Shown here: piece by piece, positions 9,002 through 19,405 of the stretch
How positions within the stretch are numbered: position 1 is the first letter of the stretch
Layout of the letters: each line of letters opens with the position of its first letter
Assembly (NCBI GenBank): GCA_902778125.1
Contig: CACYWH010000002.1
Span: forward strand, 68,075-132,074
Length of the DNA stretch: 64,000 nucleotides
Direction: 5' to 3'
Source of the DNA: an uncultured Erysipelotrichaceae bacterium
GTDB lineage: Bacteria > Bacillota_I > Bacilli_A > RF39 > UBA660
Program-made: the position numbers and the translations under genes
The notes under the pieces: model-generated
Told to the model about the DNA's origin: nothing
Databases searched by the model: none
Seen by the model: only the letters and a program-made list of their open reading frames with translations

Positions 9002-9193
9002 TTACTTTACTAGGCCTCTGTATCTTTTAGCATCTCCGCTACTTAATACAGAACCCTTTCTTGATTTTCTATTAAAGTCTGTTGGTTTTTTACCACTATT
9101 ATGGTTTGCTCCAACATGTCCAATTTTTGCTGAACCAGAATTTCTTACTATTATTTTTTTACTGATTCCACCATGTGATTTCATTTTTGGCAT
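9002..9193 (-). CDS. rpmI: 50S ribosomal protein L35
   Basis: MPKMKSHGG... basic 63-aa protein. Classic infC-rpmI-rplT order. Confidence 0.85.
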   Translation of the reverse strand: MPKMKSHGGISKKIIVRNSGSAKIGHVGANHNSGKKPTDFNRKSRKGSVLSSGDAKRYRGLVK

Positions 9194-9195
9194 AA

Positions 9196-9732
9196 TTAAT
9201 TCTTCCTTTCTACTTTTTTAGGTGCTAAAAATAACTGCATACTCTTGCCTTCCATCTTAGGCATAATTTCGATATCTGCAACATCTTCTAATCTGTTTGC
9301 AAATCTCATTATTACATCACGTCCAAGTTCTGGATGAGCAAGTTGTCTACCTTTAAATCTAACTGCAACTTTAATTTTGTGACCTTTTTCTAAATATGCT
9401 TTTGCATTTCTAAGTTTCGTTTCAAAATCTCCAACATCAATAGTAACACTTAAACGATACTCTTTAGTTTCAAGATTTTGTTCCCTTTGCTTTTTCTTTG
9501 CTTCTTTTACTTGTTTTTGTTTTTCATAGCGATACTTATTATAGTCTATTATTTTACAAACAGGGTTTTTGGGATCGCTATTTAATAAAACTAAATCTAA
9601 TCCAGCATATTTTGCAAGTGTTTGGGCATCTTCTATTTTTTTGATTCCCATTTTTTCACCATTAGGTCCAATTACCATTACGTTTTCAAAAGTTATTTGT
9701 TCATTAATTTGAACTTCGTTTTGCTTAGCTAT
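9196..9732 (-). CDS. infC: Translation initiation factor IF-3, probably initiating at a non-AUG (AUA) codon
   Basis: IF3 N- and C-domain similarity (INEQI..VMVIGPNGEKMGI.., KIKVAVRFKGRQLAHPELG). The track start ATG 9768 lies inside an upstream terminator hairpin. A strong SD GGAGGTG (plus 9739-9745) sits 6 nt before ATA at 9732, giving the canonical (M)AKQNEVQINEQI N-terminus. IF3 genes are known to use rare start codons for autoregulation. Confidence 0.8.
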   Translation of the reverse strand: MAKQNEVQINEQITFENVMVIGPNGEKMGIKKIEDAQTLAKYAGLDLVLLNSDPKNPVCKIIDYNKYRYEKQKQVKEAKKKQREQNLETKEYRLSVTIDVGDFETKLRNAKAYLEKGHKIKVAVRFKGRQLAHPELGRDVIMRFANRLEDVADIEIMPKMEGKSMQLFLAPKKVERKN

Positions 9733-9909
9733 TGCTAACACCTCCATATAATTTAAAAAAGTGGACAAGAAAGTCCACTTAAAAAACTAATTTAAAATAA
9801 ATTAAGCTTTTTGACCAATGTATTTATACATCTGGTGAAGAGTGGCTCTCTTTCTTTCTTTTTCAACAAATAAGATTATATATTAATAAGATATTTTTGT
9901 CAAGTATTT

Positions 9910-11331
9910 TTAATATTGTATTCCCCATACAACTTTATGTTTTGCATTTTTATTACATACTATGCATTTTTCATGCTCATATTCCTTAGATTCAACAATG
10001 CATCTAGATTTAGTTCCTTTAATTTCTTTCATTTTGAGTTCGCACTCTTCACTACCACACCAATATGCATTTACAAATCCAGGTTTATTTTCCATTATAT
10101 CTTTAACTTCTTCTAATGTAGTTGCGTCATATGTTCTTTCTTTTAAGTTATTTAATGCTTTATTATACATATCCTCTTGCATTTTATCTAAATCATTAAT
10201 AGTTTTGTTTACAACATCATTTAACTTAATAACCTCACGTTCAGAAGTATCTCTTCTAACTATAGTAACTTCATTATTAGCAAGATCTCTTGGTCCAACT
10301 TCTATTCTAACTGGAATACCATTAACTTCTGCTTCAGCAAATTTAAATCCTGCACTTTTATCACTATAATCTATATAAGATGTTATTCCTTTTGACAGCA
10401 ATGATTCATTTATTTTTTCACAAACACTTATTAAATTTTCTTCATTTTTAATAGGAACAATTACTACTTGTTTAGGTGCTATTTTAGGAGGTAATACAAG
10501 TCCTCTATCATCAGAATGTGTCATAATTAATGCACCAATCATTCTATTACTAACACCCCAAGATGTTTGATAACAATATTCGAATTCATTATTTTTATTT
10601 ATAAACTTAATATCATATGCTTTAGAAAATTTTTGACCAAAATAATGAGAAGTACCTGACTGTAAACTAATGCCATTTTGCATTAATGCTTCAATTGTTA
10701 ATGTATACTCTGCTCCTGCAAATTTCTCTTTTTCAGTTTTTCTACCTGTAATAACGGGTATTGCTAAGTATTCTTCAAAAAATCTTTTATATATGTCTAA
10801 CATTCTATGTGTTTCCATCTCAGCTTCATCAGAAGTAGAATGAACAGTATGACCCTCTTGCCATAAAAACTCACGGCTTCTTAAAAATGGTCTTGTTTCT
10901 TTTTCCCATCTTACAACACTACACCATTGATTATACAATTTAGGTAAGTCTCTATATGTTTTAACAGTCTTAGAATAATAATCACTAAATAGTGTTTCAC
11001 TAGTAGGACGAAATGCTAATCTTTCTTCGAGTTTATTATTTCCTCCTTCAGTAATCCAAGCACATTCAGGAGCAAACCCATTTATTAATTCTCCTTCTTT
11101 CTTAAGTAAACTTTCTGGAATAAAAACAGGCATGTATACATTTTGATGACCAGCTTCCTTAAACATTCCATCTAAAATGCTTTGAATACGTTCCCATAAA
11201 GCATAGCCATTTGCTTCAAATATTGTACATCCCTTAACACTAGAATAATCTGCTAAATGAGCCGCTTTAACAACATCTGTATACCAAGCTGCAAAATCAA
11301 CATCTCTAGTAGTTATTTTATCATTTTTCAT
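9910..11331 (-). CDS. proS: Prolyl-tRNA synthetase, archaeal/eukaryotic-type (class IIa with C-terminal zinc-binding domain)
   Basis: Motif 2 RPTSETLF...VVRWEKETRPFLRSREFLWQEGHT. C-terminal CGSEECE...CIVCNK zinc module. Confidence 0.85.
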   Translation of the reverse strand: MKNDKITTRDVDFAAWYTDVVKAAHLADYSSVKGCTIFEANGYALWERIQSILDGMFKEAGHQNVYMPVFIPESLLKKEGELINGFAPECAWITEGGNNKLEERLAFRPTSETLFSDYYSKTVKTYRDLPKLYNQWCSVVRWEKETRPFLRSREFLWQEGHTVHSTSDEAEMETHRMLDIYKRFFEEYLAIPVITGRKTEKEKFAGAEYTLTIEALMQNGISLQSGTSHYFGQKFSKAYDIKFINKNNEFEYCYQTSWGVSNRMIGALIMTHSDDRGLVLPPKIAPKQVVIVPIKNEENLISVCEKINESLLSKGITSYIDYSDKSAGFKFAEAEVNGIPVRIEVGPRDLANNEVTIVRRDTSEREVIKLNDVVNKTINDLDKMQEDMYNKALNNLKERTYDATTLEEVKDIMENKPGFVNAYWCGSEECELKMKEIKGTKSRCIVESKEYEHEKCIVCNKNAKHKVVWGIQY

Positions 11332-11527
11332 AAAATCCTCCTTTAAAATAAAAAAGAATAGTACAAGGAGTCATTATGACGGTACCATCCTTTTTTTATC
11401 TTATTTAATTATAACGTTATTAACGATTTCACATTTAATGAGACAGGAATTATTAAATATATTAATCTAGTTTCCACTATCCTAGACTCACTTATAACAT
11501 TGATTTAATAATATTTCTCAGTGATTA
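11332..11527 (-). promoter_or_regulatory. T-box riboswitch leader of proS (possible CCU proline specifier)
   Basis: Promoter TTGATT-17-TAAAAT (plus 11535-11563). The minus strand contains the T-box GGATGGTACCGTC (plus 11378-11390) followed by a U-run terminator. An upstream AAUUCCUG loop is a candidate Pro specifier. Confidence 0.6.
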
Positions 11528-11585
11528 CAAGTAGATTTTAACATACTTTATTGATTTAATCAACTTATATATTTATAACAAAATA

Positions 11586-11612
11586 AAAAAGGCTTTTATT
11601 AAGCCTTTTTAG
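11586..11612. terminator. Bidirectional rho-independent terminator
   Basis: AAAAAAGGCTTTTATTAAGCCTTTTT: GGCTT/AAGCC stem flanked by A and T runs. Confidence 0.7.
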
Positions 11613-12015
11613 TTTGAAGTTTCTTTTCCATTTCTTTAACAACTTTTAAAGCTTGTTTTCTAACTTCATCTGTTGCTTTTTCAACTACTGGAGTACCCTT
11701 CTCAATTGCTAATTTATATAATTCTTCAGCTTTTGCTTTTATTTTATTAGCTTGTTCTAAAGCAGCCTCTTTAACTTTTTCTTTATCTAATGAAGCTAAT
11801 TCAGCTTTTAGAGTTTCTGCCTTATATAACAATTCGTCTTTTACTTCATCTAAGTCAACGTCTTTAATTTTAGCAACTAAATCATCAACTTTCTTCTTTA
11901 ATACTTTTCTAGTATTTTCTCCTTTATCAGGTGCAAATAAAACTCCAAGACCAGCACCTAATGCTAAACCTCCAATAAATTTTGCGATTCCAGATTTTCT
12001 ACTCATCTTCATCAT
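11599..12015 (-). CDS. YtxH-like membrane-anchored coiled-coil protein
   Basis: N-terminal GIAKFIGGLALGAGLGVLFAPDKGENTRK is the YtxH signature, followed by a Lys/Glu-rich coiled coil. Confidence 0.55.
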   Translation of the reverse strand: MMKMSRKSGIAKFIGGLALGAGLGVLFAPDKGENTRKVLKKKVDDLVAKIKDVDLDEVKDELLYKAETLKAELASLDKEKVKEAALEQANKIKAKAEELYKLAIEKGTPVVEKATDEVRKQALKVVKEMEKKLQTKKA

Positions 12016-12292
12016 CCTCCATATCTTTTAATTTTTTCTTAAACATCTTGCCAAAAAATTTGGTTACAAATGCTATTACTGATTCTCCAAGTGAAGTCAC
12101 TTTATCACTTGCAAAATCAATAACATTAAATACTCTATCAAGTGTCTTAACTTTTGCTGTTACATCATCAACTAATAAATTTACTTTGTCTAAAGTAAAC
12201 ACTAGTTTTATTCCAATAATAATTGCAACTATTAAAAATATTATTAATAATATATAAATTATTATCGGTAATATACTACTCAAAGATTCCAT
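11999..12292 (-). CDS. DUF948-like small membrane protein
   Basis: One N-terminal TM helix plus coiled-coil, as in the ytxG/ytxH neighbourhood of Bacillus. Confidence 0.45.
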   Translation of the reverse strand: MESLSSILPIIIYILLIIFLIVAIIIGIKLVFTLDKVNLLVDDVTAKVKTLDRVFNVIDFASDKVTSLGESVIAFVTKFFGKMFKKKLKDMEDDEDE

Positions 12293-12295
12293 AAA

Positions 12296-13126
12296 TTATT
12301 CCTCCTTATCATCATACATAGAATCGATTAAGTTAAATAAGTCATGTTCTAAAGTACTATCAGTCATTGTTTTATCAACAGCCTCATCTTCTTTTGTATC
12401 TTCATCGAAATTCTCTAATTCTAGTTTGTCCTCAAGTTCTCCAATTGATACATCATTTTCAGTATCTTCTATTTTAGTAATTAGATCTTCTATTTTAGTA
12501 GTTTTTTCTTCTACCTTTACTTCTTCTTTTTTAACTTCTTCTTTTATTTCTTCTGGAGTAATTTTATTCATAGAATTTAATGTATCTTCAAGTTCATCTT
12601 CTAATGTTCCATAAGCTTTTCTTCTAACAGAATCATAGTTTCTAGCAGGACTATCAATTTCTTTTACTGGTTCACTTTTTTTAGGAACAATTTCTTCTTT
12701 TTTATAGTCTTTATCCAAAATACCATAAATTGGAGAAATGATAGGACTAGGTTTAAATATTCTTGGTTCTTCTACCGGTGTAGATACTGGTTGAACTCTA
12801 TCAACTGTTCTACTTTTTTCAATATCAAGAACATTTCTTCTAGGAGGAAGTGCATCTTCTTCCATATCATCTAATTCAGTGAAACTAAATTTCCTTTCAC
12901 TTCTAAATAATTCTCTTTCATTTAAAGTATTATCCAATTTAGTTTTTTCTTCCTCTTTTTCAGGAACTATAATTGGTTCTGGTTTAATAACTTTTATTTC
13001 TTCTACCTTTGGTTCTTCTTTTATTTCTCTTTTAACTTCTTTATCTACTTTTTTTAGTTCAGTTTCTGGTTCTTCTACAACTTCTTCATCATAGAAAATA
13101 TTTTTTAGTTTACTGAAAACGCCCAT
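12296..13126 (-). CDS. Highly acidic Glu/Lys-rich protein, unknown function
   Basis: 276-aa ORF with strong charge bias and no recognisable catalytic motif. Confidence 0.4.
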   Translation of the reverse strand: MGVFSKLKNIFYDEEVVEEPETELKKVDKEVKREIKEEPKVEEIKVIKPEPIIVPEKEEEKTKLDNTLNERELFRSERKFSFTELDDMEEDALPPRRNVLDIEKSRTVDRVQPVSTPVEEPRIFKPSPIISPIYGILDKDYKKEEIVPKKSEPVKEIDSPARNYDSVRRKAYGTLEDELEDTLNSMNKITPEEIKEEVKKEEVKVEEKTTKIEDLITKIEDTENDVSIGELEDKLELENFDEDTKEDEAVDKTMTDSTLEHDLFNLIDSMYDDKEE

Positions 13127-13144
13127 CGCTAGACACCTCTTTCT

Positions 13145-13753
13145 TTATCCATCATTTTCTTTAATATATTCAAGTACATTCTTAGAACTTGATTTATTTT
13201 CAGGCTGTGGTATTGAATATTTACTTTCACCAGTTTCTATATTATCTTCAACTATATTTTTTTCGATAACTAAATCATTATATTTAATTGAGTTCAAGAT
13301 AATAATGCTTCTAGATATGGCATATTTCAAATCTTCCTCTTCTACCTCTACCTCTATTATAGCATAATTATAACACAACTCAACAAAAAAGTAATCATTA
13401 TTTTTTGTAATTCTTAGGTAGCCATTTTTACCATCTTTTTCAAAGGTATAATATACATAATCATCAAGTTCATGCATAGTTTTCATACTTTTTTTATAAT
13501 GATAACTAACAACATCGACATTCAAATAATAATAATCATTATTAGATGTAAGAACTTGATTATATACATCATCTTTATAAACATTAAAGTTAATTGGCAA
13601 ATAATATTTATAACCAACTGCATTTACATTACTATAATCTATATTATCTTCTATACTTGATTCAATAATATTCTGATATGTCATATTTTCTATGTTCATA
13701 GAACATCCAGTTAAAAATAATAAAACAAGTATAGCTAAAATCTTTTTAAACAT
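13145..13753 (-). CDS. Lipoprotein, unknown function
   Basis: Signal peptide with lipobox LTGCS. Confidence 0.5.
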   Translation of the reverse strand: MFKKILAILVLLFLTGCSMNIENMTYQNIIESSIEDNIDYSNVNAVGYKYYLPINFNVYKDDVYNQVLTSNNDYYYLNVDVVSYHYKKSMKTMHELDDYVYYTFEKDGKNGYLRITKNNDYFFVELCYNYAIIEVEVEEEDLKYAISRSIIILNSIKYNDLVIEKNIVEDNIETGESKYSIPQPENKSSSKNVLEYIKENDG

Positions 13754-13787
13754 ATTAATCTCCTACAATAAAATTATAACAAACTAT

Positions 13788-14405
13788 TTATTTTTTAACA
13801 ACATATATGTAATTTATATTCTTTCCCTTTTTTATAAATTTATCTTCATATTCTGTTGTTATTGTATCTTTATAATTTGTATCAGTTTTAACAATTTCAT
13901 ATCCATTTTCTTCAAAGGATATTAATGAATATTCATATAAATCATCATTATCTGTCTTCATTTGAATTCTCTTTTCACCTTTAAAAAGTTTATCGTATTT
14001 TGAAAGAAATAAAGAAGATGAAAGTCTCCTCTTTTCATGTCTTTTTTTAGGCCACGGATCAGAAAAATTAAGGTATATTTTATCTATTTCAGAATCAAAT
14101 ATTTCATCTATATTTGAAGCATCAAAACATATTAATTTTAAATTATTTAGTCCTAAATTGTCTAACATTTTAACAGCATTAACTAAAGGAGTATCATACT
14201 TTTCTATACCAATATAATTAACGTTGGGATTTTTAATAGCATTTTCAATAATAAATTTACCTTTTCCAGTACCAATTTCTATTTCAATTGGATTCTCATT
14301 ATTAAATAGTTTACTCCAGTTACCCTTATATTCTTTAGGATTTTTAACTAAGTAATTAGATGAATTTATAATAATATCCGCATTTTTTATATGTTTTAAT
14401 CTCAT
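13788..14405 (-). CDS. trmB: tRNA (guanine46-N7)-methyltransferase TrmB
   Basis: SAM motif IEIGTGKGKF and FSDPWPKKRHEKRR. The start is most likely ATG 14405 (MRLKHIKNADI, matching the TrmB N-terminus) with a GAGGT RBS. Confidence 0.8.
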   Translation of the reverse strand: MRLKHIKNADIIINSSNYLVKNPKEYKGNWSKLFNNENPIEIEIGTGKGKFIIENAIKNPNVNYIGIEKYDTPLVNAVKMLDNLGLNNLKLICFDASNIDEIFDSEIDKIYLNFSDPWPKKRHEKRRLSSSLFLSKYDKLFKGEKRIQMKTDNDDLYEYSLISFEENGYEIVKTDTNYKDTITTEYEDKFIKKGKNINYIYVVKK

Positions 14406-14472
14406 AATAATACCTCGCATAATATTATACACCAAATACATTATTTTGTCATATATTATGTTAGGTGATATC

Positions 14473-14772
14473 ATGAAAAATAGAGATATGTTTTATCAAA
14501 ATATAAATCAAGGATATACTAATCCTGGTATGTTTATACCTCCAAGTGGATATAATGTTAATTCACAGGTTCAAGCATATGGTCCAAATATAAACCCATA
14601 TATGTATAATAATCCAAATATGACCGGTGAACAAATGGGATATTATGATGAAAATACTGAATATAATGAAAGATTAAATAAACTAGAACGACAAGTAAAA
14701 AATTTAGATGCTAGAATTCAAAAACTAGAGAACGCTTCTAATGAAGTAACTGATAATGTTTATATGATTTAA
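14473..14772 (+). CDS. Small Asn/Tyr/Pro/Gln-rich protein with C-terminal coiled coil (spore-coat-like composition)
   Basis: RBS AGGTGA 6 nt before ATG 14473. Composition YQNINQGYTNPGMFIPPSGYN...PYMYNNPNM, then LNKLERQVKNLDARIQKLE. Terminator hairpin at 14776-14803. Confidence 0.45.
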   Translation: MKNRDMFYQNINQGYTNPGMFIPPSGYNVNSQVQAYGPNINPYMYNNPNMTGEQMGYYDENTEYNERLNKLERQVKNLDARIQKLENASNEVTDNVYMI

Positions 14773-14799
14773 AAAAGAAGAAATAAGATTTCTCCTTTT

Positions 14800-17187
14800 T
14801 TATTTATCTCTTAAAACTGCATTATGTTTTTTAACAACTGCTTCGATTATTTTATCAAATATTGGAACTATTTCTTCCAGTTCAAGTGTCTTTTCTGAAC
14901 TTTCAAAATATAAATTATATGCAATAGATTTCTTATCCTTTTCTATTTTATCTCCTTCATAATAATCAAATACTTCTACTTTAGAAAGTACTTTACCACC
15001 AGCTTGTTTAATAGTTGCAATAACTGATTCATTAGTAACATCTTTATTTAAAACGAATGCTACATCTTTAGAAATTCCTGGATATTTAGATACTTCTTTA
15101 AATTTAACTTTTCCTGTTTTATTTTCAAATAAAGTTTCTAAATTTATTTCACAAACATATATTTCATCTTTCATCATTCTAGGATGAACTTGTCCAAACA
15201 ATCCAACTATTTTACCATTTACATTGATATATGCGCTCTTAGTAGGATGCATTTCTTCAGGAAATTCACGAACCACAAATGAATATCTGTTTTTATATCC
15301 TAATTTGTCTAATAAGTTTTCTACTAATCCTTTTACAGAATAAAAATCATAATAATCTTTATTTAATCCTTCTGTATAGGCTCCAGTACATAAAAATGCT
15401 AATTTATTTTCTTCAATATATTCTCCATTTATTAAGCTAAAGCACTTGCTTATTTCAAATATTGATAAATCCTTTATATTTCTTGATTTATTATATTTAT
15501 ATACATCTAGTAGTGATGTTAATATGCTATGTCTTAATACAGTTCTTTCTTCTGTAAGAGGGTCTAATACTTTAATAATACCAAATTCATCATTAGTAAA
15601 TTTAAATACATCTTTTTCATTTATCAATGAATAAGTAATTACTTCATTTAATCCTTCTCCAACCATAATATCTCTAATAACTCTATCTTTAACATTATGA
15701 ACTGAAGCACTACTTTCAAATACTGGCAAAGTACTATTAATATTGTCTACACCGTAAACCCTACTAACTTCTTCAATTAAATCTTCTGGAATTGAAATAT
15801 CTAATCTTCTAGTAGGAATAGTAACTTTAAACATTTTATTTTTTGTACTTGCTTCAAAGTGTAATCTTTTAAATACAGAAAGAATATCCTCTTCATTTAA
15901 AGAATAACCGAGTACACTATTTATTTTATCTAAAGATATTTCAATTGTTTTTTCATTTCTATCAAGAGTATTATATTCAAGCATTCCCTTTAAAACTTCT
16001 GCATCTGCATATTTTTCTAATAGATTACAAGCTCTTTCAATAGCCATATAACATCTATTTACATCTAATCCTTTTTCATATCTAATGCTTGCTTCACTTC
16101 TTAATAATTTTTTAGATGTTTTTCTAATATTACTTGGATTAAATATTGCACATTCAATTACAACATTTTTAGTATTCTCATCTATTTCTGTATCAAGTCC
16201 ACCCATGACGCCTGCTAAAGCAACTGGATTTTCACCATTAGTTATTACTATGTCTTCACTTGATAACATTCTTTCTTGATTATCAAGAGTAACCAATTTT
16301 TCTCCATTTTTTGCGTTTCTAGCAGCTATTACTTTTCCTAATTTATCTGCATCGTAGAAATGTAATGGTTGTCCTGTTTCTAACATAACATAATTTGATA
16401 TATCAACTACATTATTAATAGATCTAACATTACATGCCATTAATCTATTTTTCATAAATAATGGACTTTCTTTAATATTAATGTTATTTACTCTCTTAAC
16501 TAGAAATGTAAATACATCTTTTGTATCAACATTTAATGTTAATTTATCATTAACATCTTCTTTTGTTTCACTATAAGTCAAATCAGGAAGAGTCACATCA
16601 CCATTTGTTATTACTGCACTTTCATATGCTAAACCTAGCATACTAAGTTCGTCTGCTCTATTTGCTGTTAATTCAAAATCTATAACATCATCATCTAATT
16701 CCAAATATTTTATAGGATCTTCACCAATAGGAGCATCATCATTTAATTCATGTATTCCATTAATATCATCATCGTTTAAGAATTTTTTATCTATTCCAAG
16801 TTCTGCTAAAGAACAAATCATTCCATTAGATTCATATCCAAGAACAACTGTTTTTTTAATAGTTCCACCAGGTAAAACTGCGCCATCTAAAGCAACAATA
16901 ACTTTTAACCCTTCTCTAACATTTGGAGCTCCACAAATAATGTTAAGTTCTTCTTTTCCTATATCAACCTTACAAATATGTAAATGATCACTTTCTGGAT
17001 GCATTGTACATGATTTTACTTTTCCAATAACCAATTTAGTAGCAGGTACTAACTTGGTAATGCTTTCATATTCATTTCCCAATTTAACCATAGAACTAGC
17101 AAATTCATGAATGTCTATATCTTTTAAAGATGTATAATCATTAACAAAATTTCTACTTAATCTCATATTAAAGCTCCTTTCTATCAA
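14800..17187 (-). CDS. pheT: Phenylalanyl-tRNA synthetase beta subunit
   Basis: 795 aa with tRNA-binding, B3/B4, B5 and FDX-ACB domain order. Overlaps pheS by 20 nt. Confidence 0.9.
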   Translation of the reverse strand: MIERSFNMRLSRNFVNDYTSLKDIDIHEFASSMVKLGNEYESITKLVPATKLVIGKVKSCTMHPESDHLHICKVDIGKEELNIICGAPNVREGLKVIVALDGAVLPGGTIKKTVVLGYESNGMICSLAELGIDKKFLNDDDINGIHELNDDAPIGEDPIKYLELDDDVIDFELTANRADELSMLGLAYESAVITNGDVTLPDLTYSETKEDVNDKLTLNVDTKDVFTFLVKRVNNINIKESPLFMKNRLMACNVRSINNVVDISNYVMLETGQPLHFYDADKLGKVIAARNAKNGEKLVTLDNQERMLSSEDIVITNGENPVALAGVMGGLDTEIDENTKNVVIECAIFNPSNIRKTSKKLLRSEASIRYEKGLDVNRCYMAIERACNLLEKYADAEVLKGMLEYNTLDRNEKTIEISLDKINSVLGYSLNEEDILSVFKRLHFEASTKNKMFKVTIPTRRLDISIPEDLIEEVSRVYGVDNINSTLPVFESSASVHNVKDRVIRDIMVGEGLNEVITYSLINEKDVFKFTNDEFGIIKVLDPLTEERTVLRHSILTSLLDVYKYNKSRNIKDLSIFEISKCFSLINGEYIEENKLAFLCTGAYTEGLNKDYYDFYSVKGLVENLLDKLGYKNRYSFVVREFPEEMHPTKSAYINVNGKIVGLFGQVHPRMMKDEIYVCEINLETLFENKTGKVKFKEVSKYPGISKDVAFVLNKDVTNESVIATIKQAGGKVLSKVEVFDYYEGDKIEKDKKSIAYNLYFESSEKTLELEEIVPIFDKIIEAVVKKHNAVLRDK

Positions 17188-18208
17188 AATTCTTTAAAAA
17201 TCTGTAATCATTTGTAAAATAATCTCTCATATTATTAACACCATATTTAAGCGATGCTACTCTTTCTACTCCAACTCCAAAAGCAAATCCTTGATACTTT
17301 TTATGATCAAAACCACAATTTTCAAGAACGTTTGGATGAACCATACCACTTCCAAGAATTTCTATCCAACCTGTACCTTTACAAATATTGCATCCCTTAC
17401 CATCGCATTTAAAACAAGACACATCTACTTCATAACTTGGTTCAGTAAATGGGAAATAACTTGCTCTAAATCTAATTTCTCTATGTTCACCAAACATTTT
17501 TTTAGCGAATGTTTCAAGTGTTCCTTTTAAATCTGATAAAGAAATATTTTCTCCAACTACAAGTCCTTCAATTTGACTAAATTGATGTGAATGAGTTGCA
17601 TCATCATCATCTCTTCTATATGTCTTACCAGGGCAAATTAATTTAAATGGTTTCTTTTCTTGATTAGCTAACATGCTCCTAATTTGAACTGCACTAGTTT
17701 GAGTTCTAAGAAGCATTTCATCTGTTATATAGAAACTATCTTGAGCATCACGTGCTGGATGATCTTTTGGTAAATTAAGCATTTCAAAACAATATTTATC
17801 AGTTTCAACTTCAGGCCCATCTACAACATCATACCCCATTGAAATAAACAAATCCTCAATCTCCTCACGAACTATAGTTAATGGATGACGAGTTCCAACT
17901 TTTCTTTTCTTACTAGGTAAAGTTATATCAATCTTATCCTCTTCAAGTTTCTTATTTAATTCTTCATCCTTTATCTTTTTTAGTTGTGCATCAATAGCGG
18001 CTGTTATTTCATTACGAACTTCATTAGATTTAGATCCAACTTCTCTTTTTTCTTCATTAGAAAGAGATGACATATTAGCCATTATTTCATTAAATACACT
18101 TTTTTTACCAACATATTTAGATTTAACATTATTTAATGTAACTTCATCACTGCATTCACTAATATCTTTTAATGCATCTTTCTTAATTTGTTCCAACTTC
18201 TCTATCAT
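17168..18208 (-). CDS. pheS: Phenylalanyl-tRNA synthetase alpha subunit
   Basis: Class II motifs [12 protein letters not shown] and [10 protein letters not shown]. The start is at ATG 18208 (MIEKLEQ) with RBS GGAGGT. Confidence 0.9.
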   Translation of the reverse strand: MIEKLEQIKKDALKDISECSDEVTLNNVKSKYVGKKSVFNEIMANMSSLSNEEKREVGSKSNEVRNEITAAIDAQLKKIKDEELNKKLEEDKIDITLPSKKRKVGTRHPLTIVREEIEDLFISMGYDVVDGPEVETDKYCFEMLNLPKDHPARDAQDSFYITDEMLLRTQTSAVQIRSMLANQEKKPFKLICPGKTYRRDDDDATHSHQFSQIEGLVVGENISLSDLKGTLETFAKKMFGEHREIRFRASYFPFTEPSYEVDVSCFKCDGKGCNICKGTGWIEILGSGMVHPNVLENCGFDHKKYQGFAFGVGVERVASLKYGVNNMRDYFTNDYRFLKNFDRKEL

Positions 18209-18440
18209 ATTTACCTCCAAATAAAAAATATTATAACTTAAGGGTGAGTTTTCCCACGGTACCACCTTAATTCATAATATTTTATGCTCTTTAATTTGCT
18301 ATAACGTTCCATTACGATTCTTATTAACATGAAGGTGAATTCATAGAATTTTATTAATTGATCTTCCACCATTTAATCAATTCTCTAAAAATAAAGATTT
18401 CTATTACTACTTCTTCACAAAGACATTTAAATTTTAACAT
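18209..18440 (-). promoter_or_regulatory. T-box riboswitch leader of pheST (UUC specifier candidate)
   Basis: Promoter TTGATA-17-TAAAAT. Minus strand AATTAAGGTGGTACCGTGG (plus 18254-18272) is a near-perfect T-box, with the terminator helix and U-run just before the RBS. GAAUUCA sits in the stem I region. Confidence 0.75.
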
Positions 18441-18466
18441 ATTTAATTTAAAATATCAATAATTAA

Positions 18467-19405
18467 CTATTTATATTCTAAAAATGCATATATTGTATCA
18501 GTTGTATTATCATCATATGTAACTTTTATATTTTCAGTTTCATCTTCAATTTTTATTACTTTTTTATCTTTATATTTTTTAGCAATTTGATTGTCAACAT
18601 ATGACTCATTCAAATAATATAAATAATCATCTTCATTTAACATATATAATTTTATTATAGAATTCTCTTCATCAGATTCATTTTCTCCAGAAAATACATA
18701 TAATTCTTTAATATGCAAGTTTTCATTGTTCTCATTTTTAATATAATTCTTAGATTTAACATTCTCTGATACAACATATAAAGTATCATCCATATTATCT
18801 AATCCAGTATATTTAACCCATAACCTTTCAAATTGGGATATTTCATATGCTTTATCCATTTCATCATATTTAATATATTTATTTCCATCTCTATCTTTAA
18901 ATACAACGAAATAACCTCCACATGTTTCTTCATTTATTATTCCACTCTTAAGTAAGTCAAATGCTTCAACATTTTTTTCTAATAATGTTGGGTTATTTTT
19001 ATCCTCTTCTGTCAACTGTCCTTCGCTTAAATTAACTCTATATAATTCTCCATTATTTAATAAATAATATGTTGCATAACAATATCCACAATGACAAGCT
19101 AAACCCACCTGTTTTAAATCAGATACTTCTAATTTAGATTTACCTATTTCTACATTTTCGTATGTGATACCGGTATTATCAAAATCTATTTTATTGTTAG
19201 TAATTGACTTATCTGAAATAATTCTTTTATTAAAATCTATATTTTCAAAAGGATTTATAGGCTTACTTGATATTATCGCATAATTTATAAGTGGTTCATT
19301 ATCTATAATTTCTGAATCATTGTTTTTATCATTATTTTTCTTAAAAATAAATAATGTTGTTAACAAAAGAAATACAATTAATATTGTGAGTAATATTTTT
19401 TTCAT
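18467..19405 (-). CDS. Secreted/membrane-anchored protein of unknown function, distal gene of the pilin-proS operon
   Basis: N-terminal signal/anchor MKKILLTILIVFLLLTTLFIF. Overlaps the proS paralog by 4 nt. Confidence 0.45.
   Translation of the reverse strand: MKKILLTILIVFLLLTTLFIFKKNNDKNNDSEIIDNEPLINYAIISSKPINPFENIDFNKRIISDKSITNNKIDFDNTGITYENVEIGKSKLEVSDLKQVGLACHCGYCYATYYLLNNGELYRVNLSEGQLTEEDKNNPTLLEKNVEAFDLLKSGIINEETCGGYFVVFKDRDGNKYIKYDEMDKAYEISQFERLWVKYTGLDNMDDTLYVVSENVKSKNYIKNENNENLHIKELYVFSGENESDEENSIIKLYMLNEDDYLYYLNESYVDNQIAKKYKDKKVIKIEDETENIKVTYDDNTTDTIYAFLEYK

Noticed and set aside
9910-11331. Archaeal-type ProRS taken as evidence of recent horizontal transfer or an island
   Set aside because: Class IIa ProRS is widespread in Clostridia. 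The gene carries a typical Firmicutes T-box leader, sits in a conserved housekeeping context, and shows no visible compositional break.
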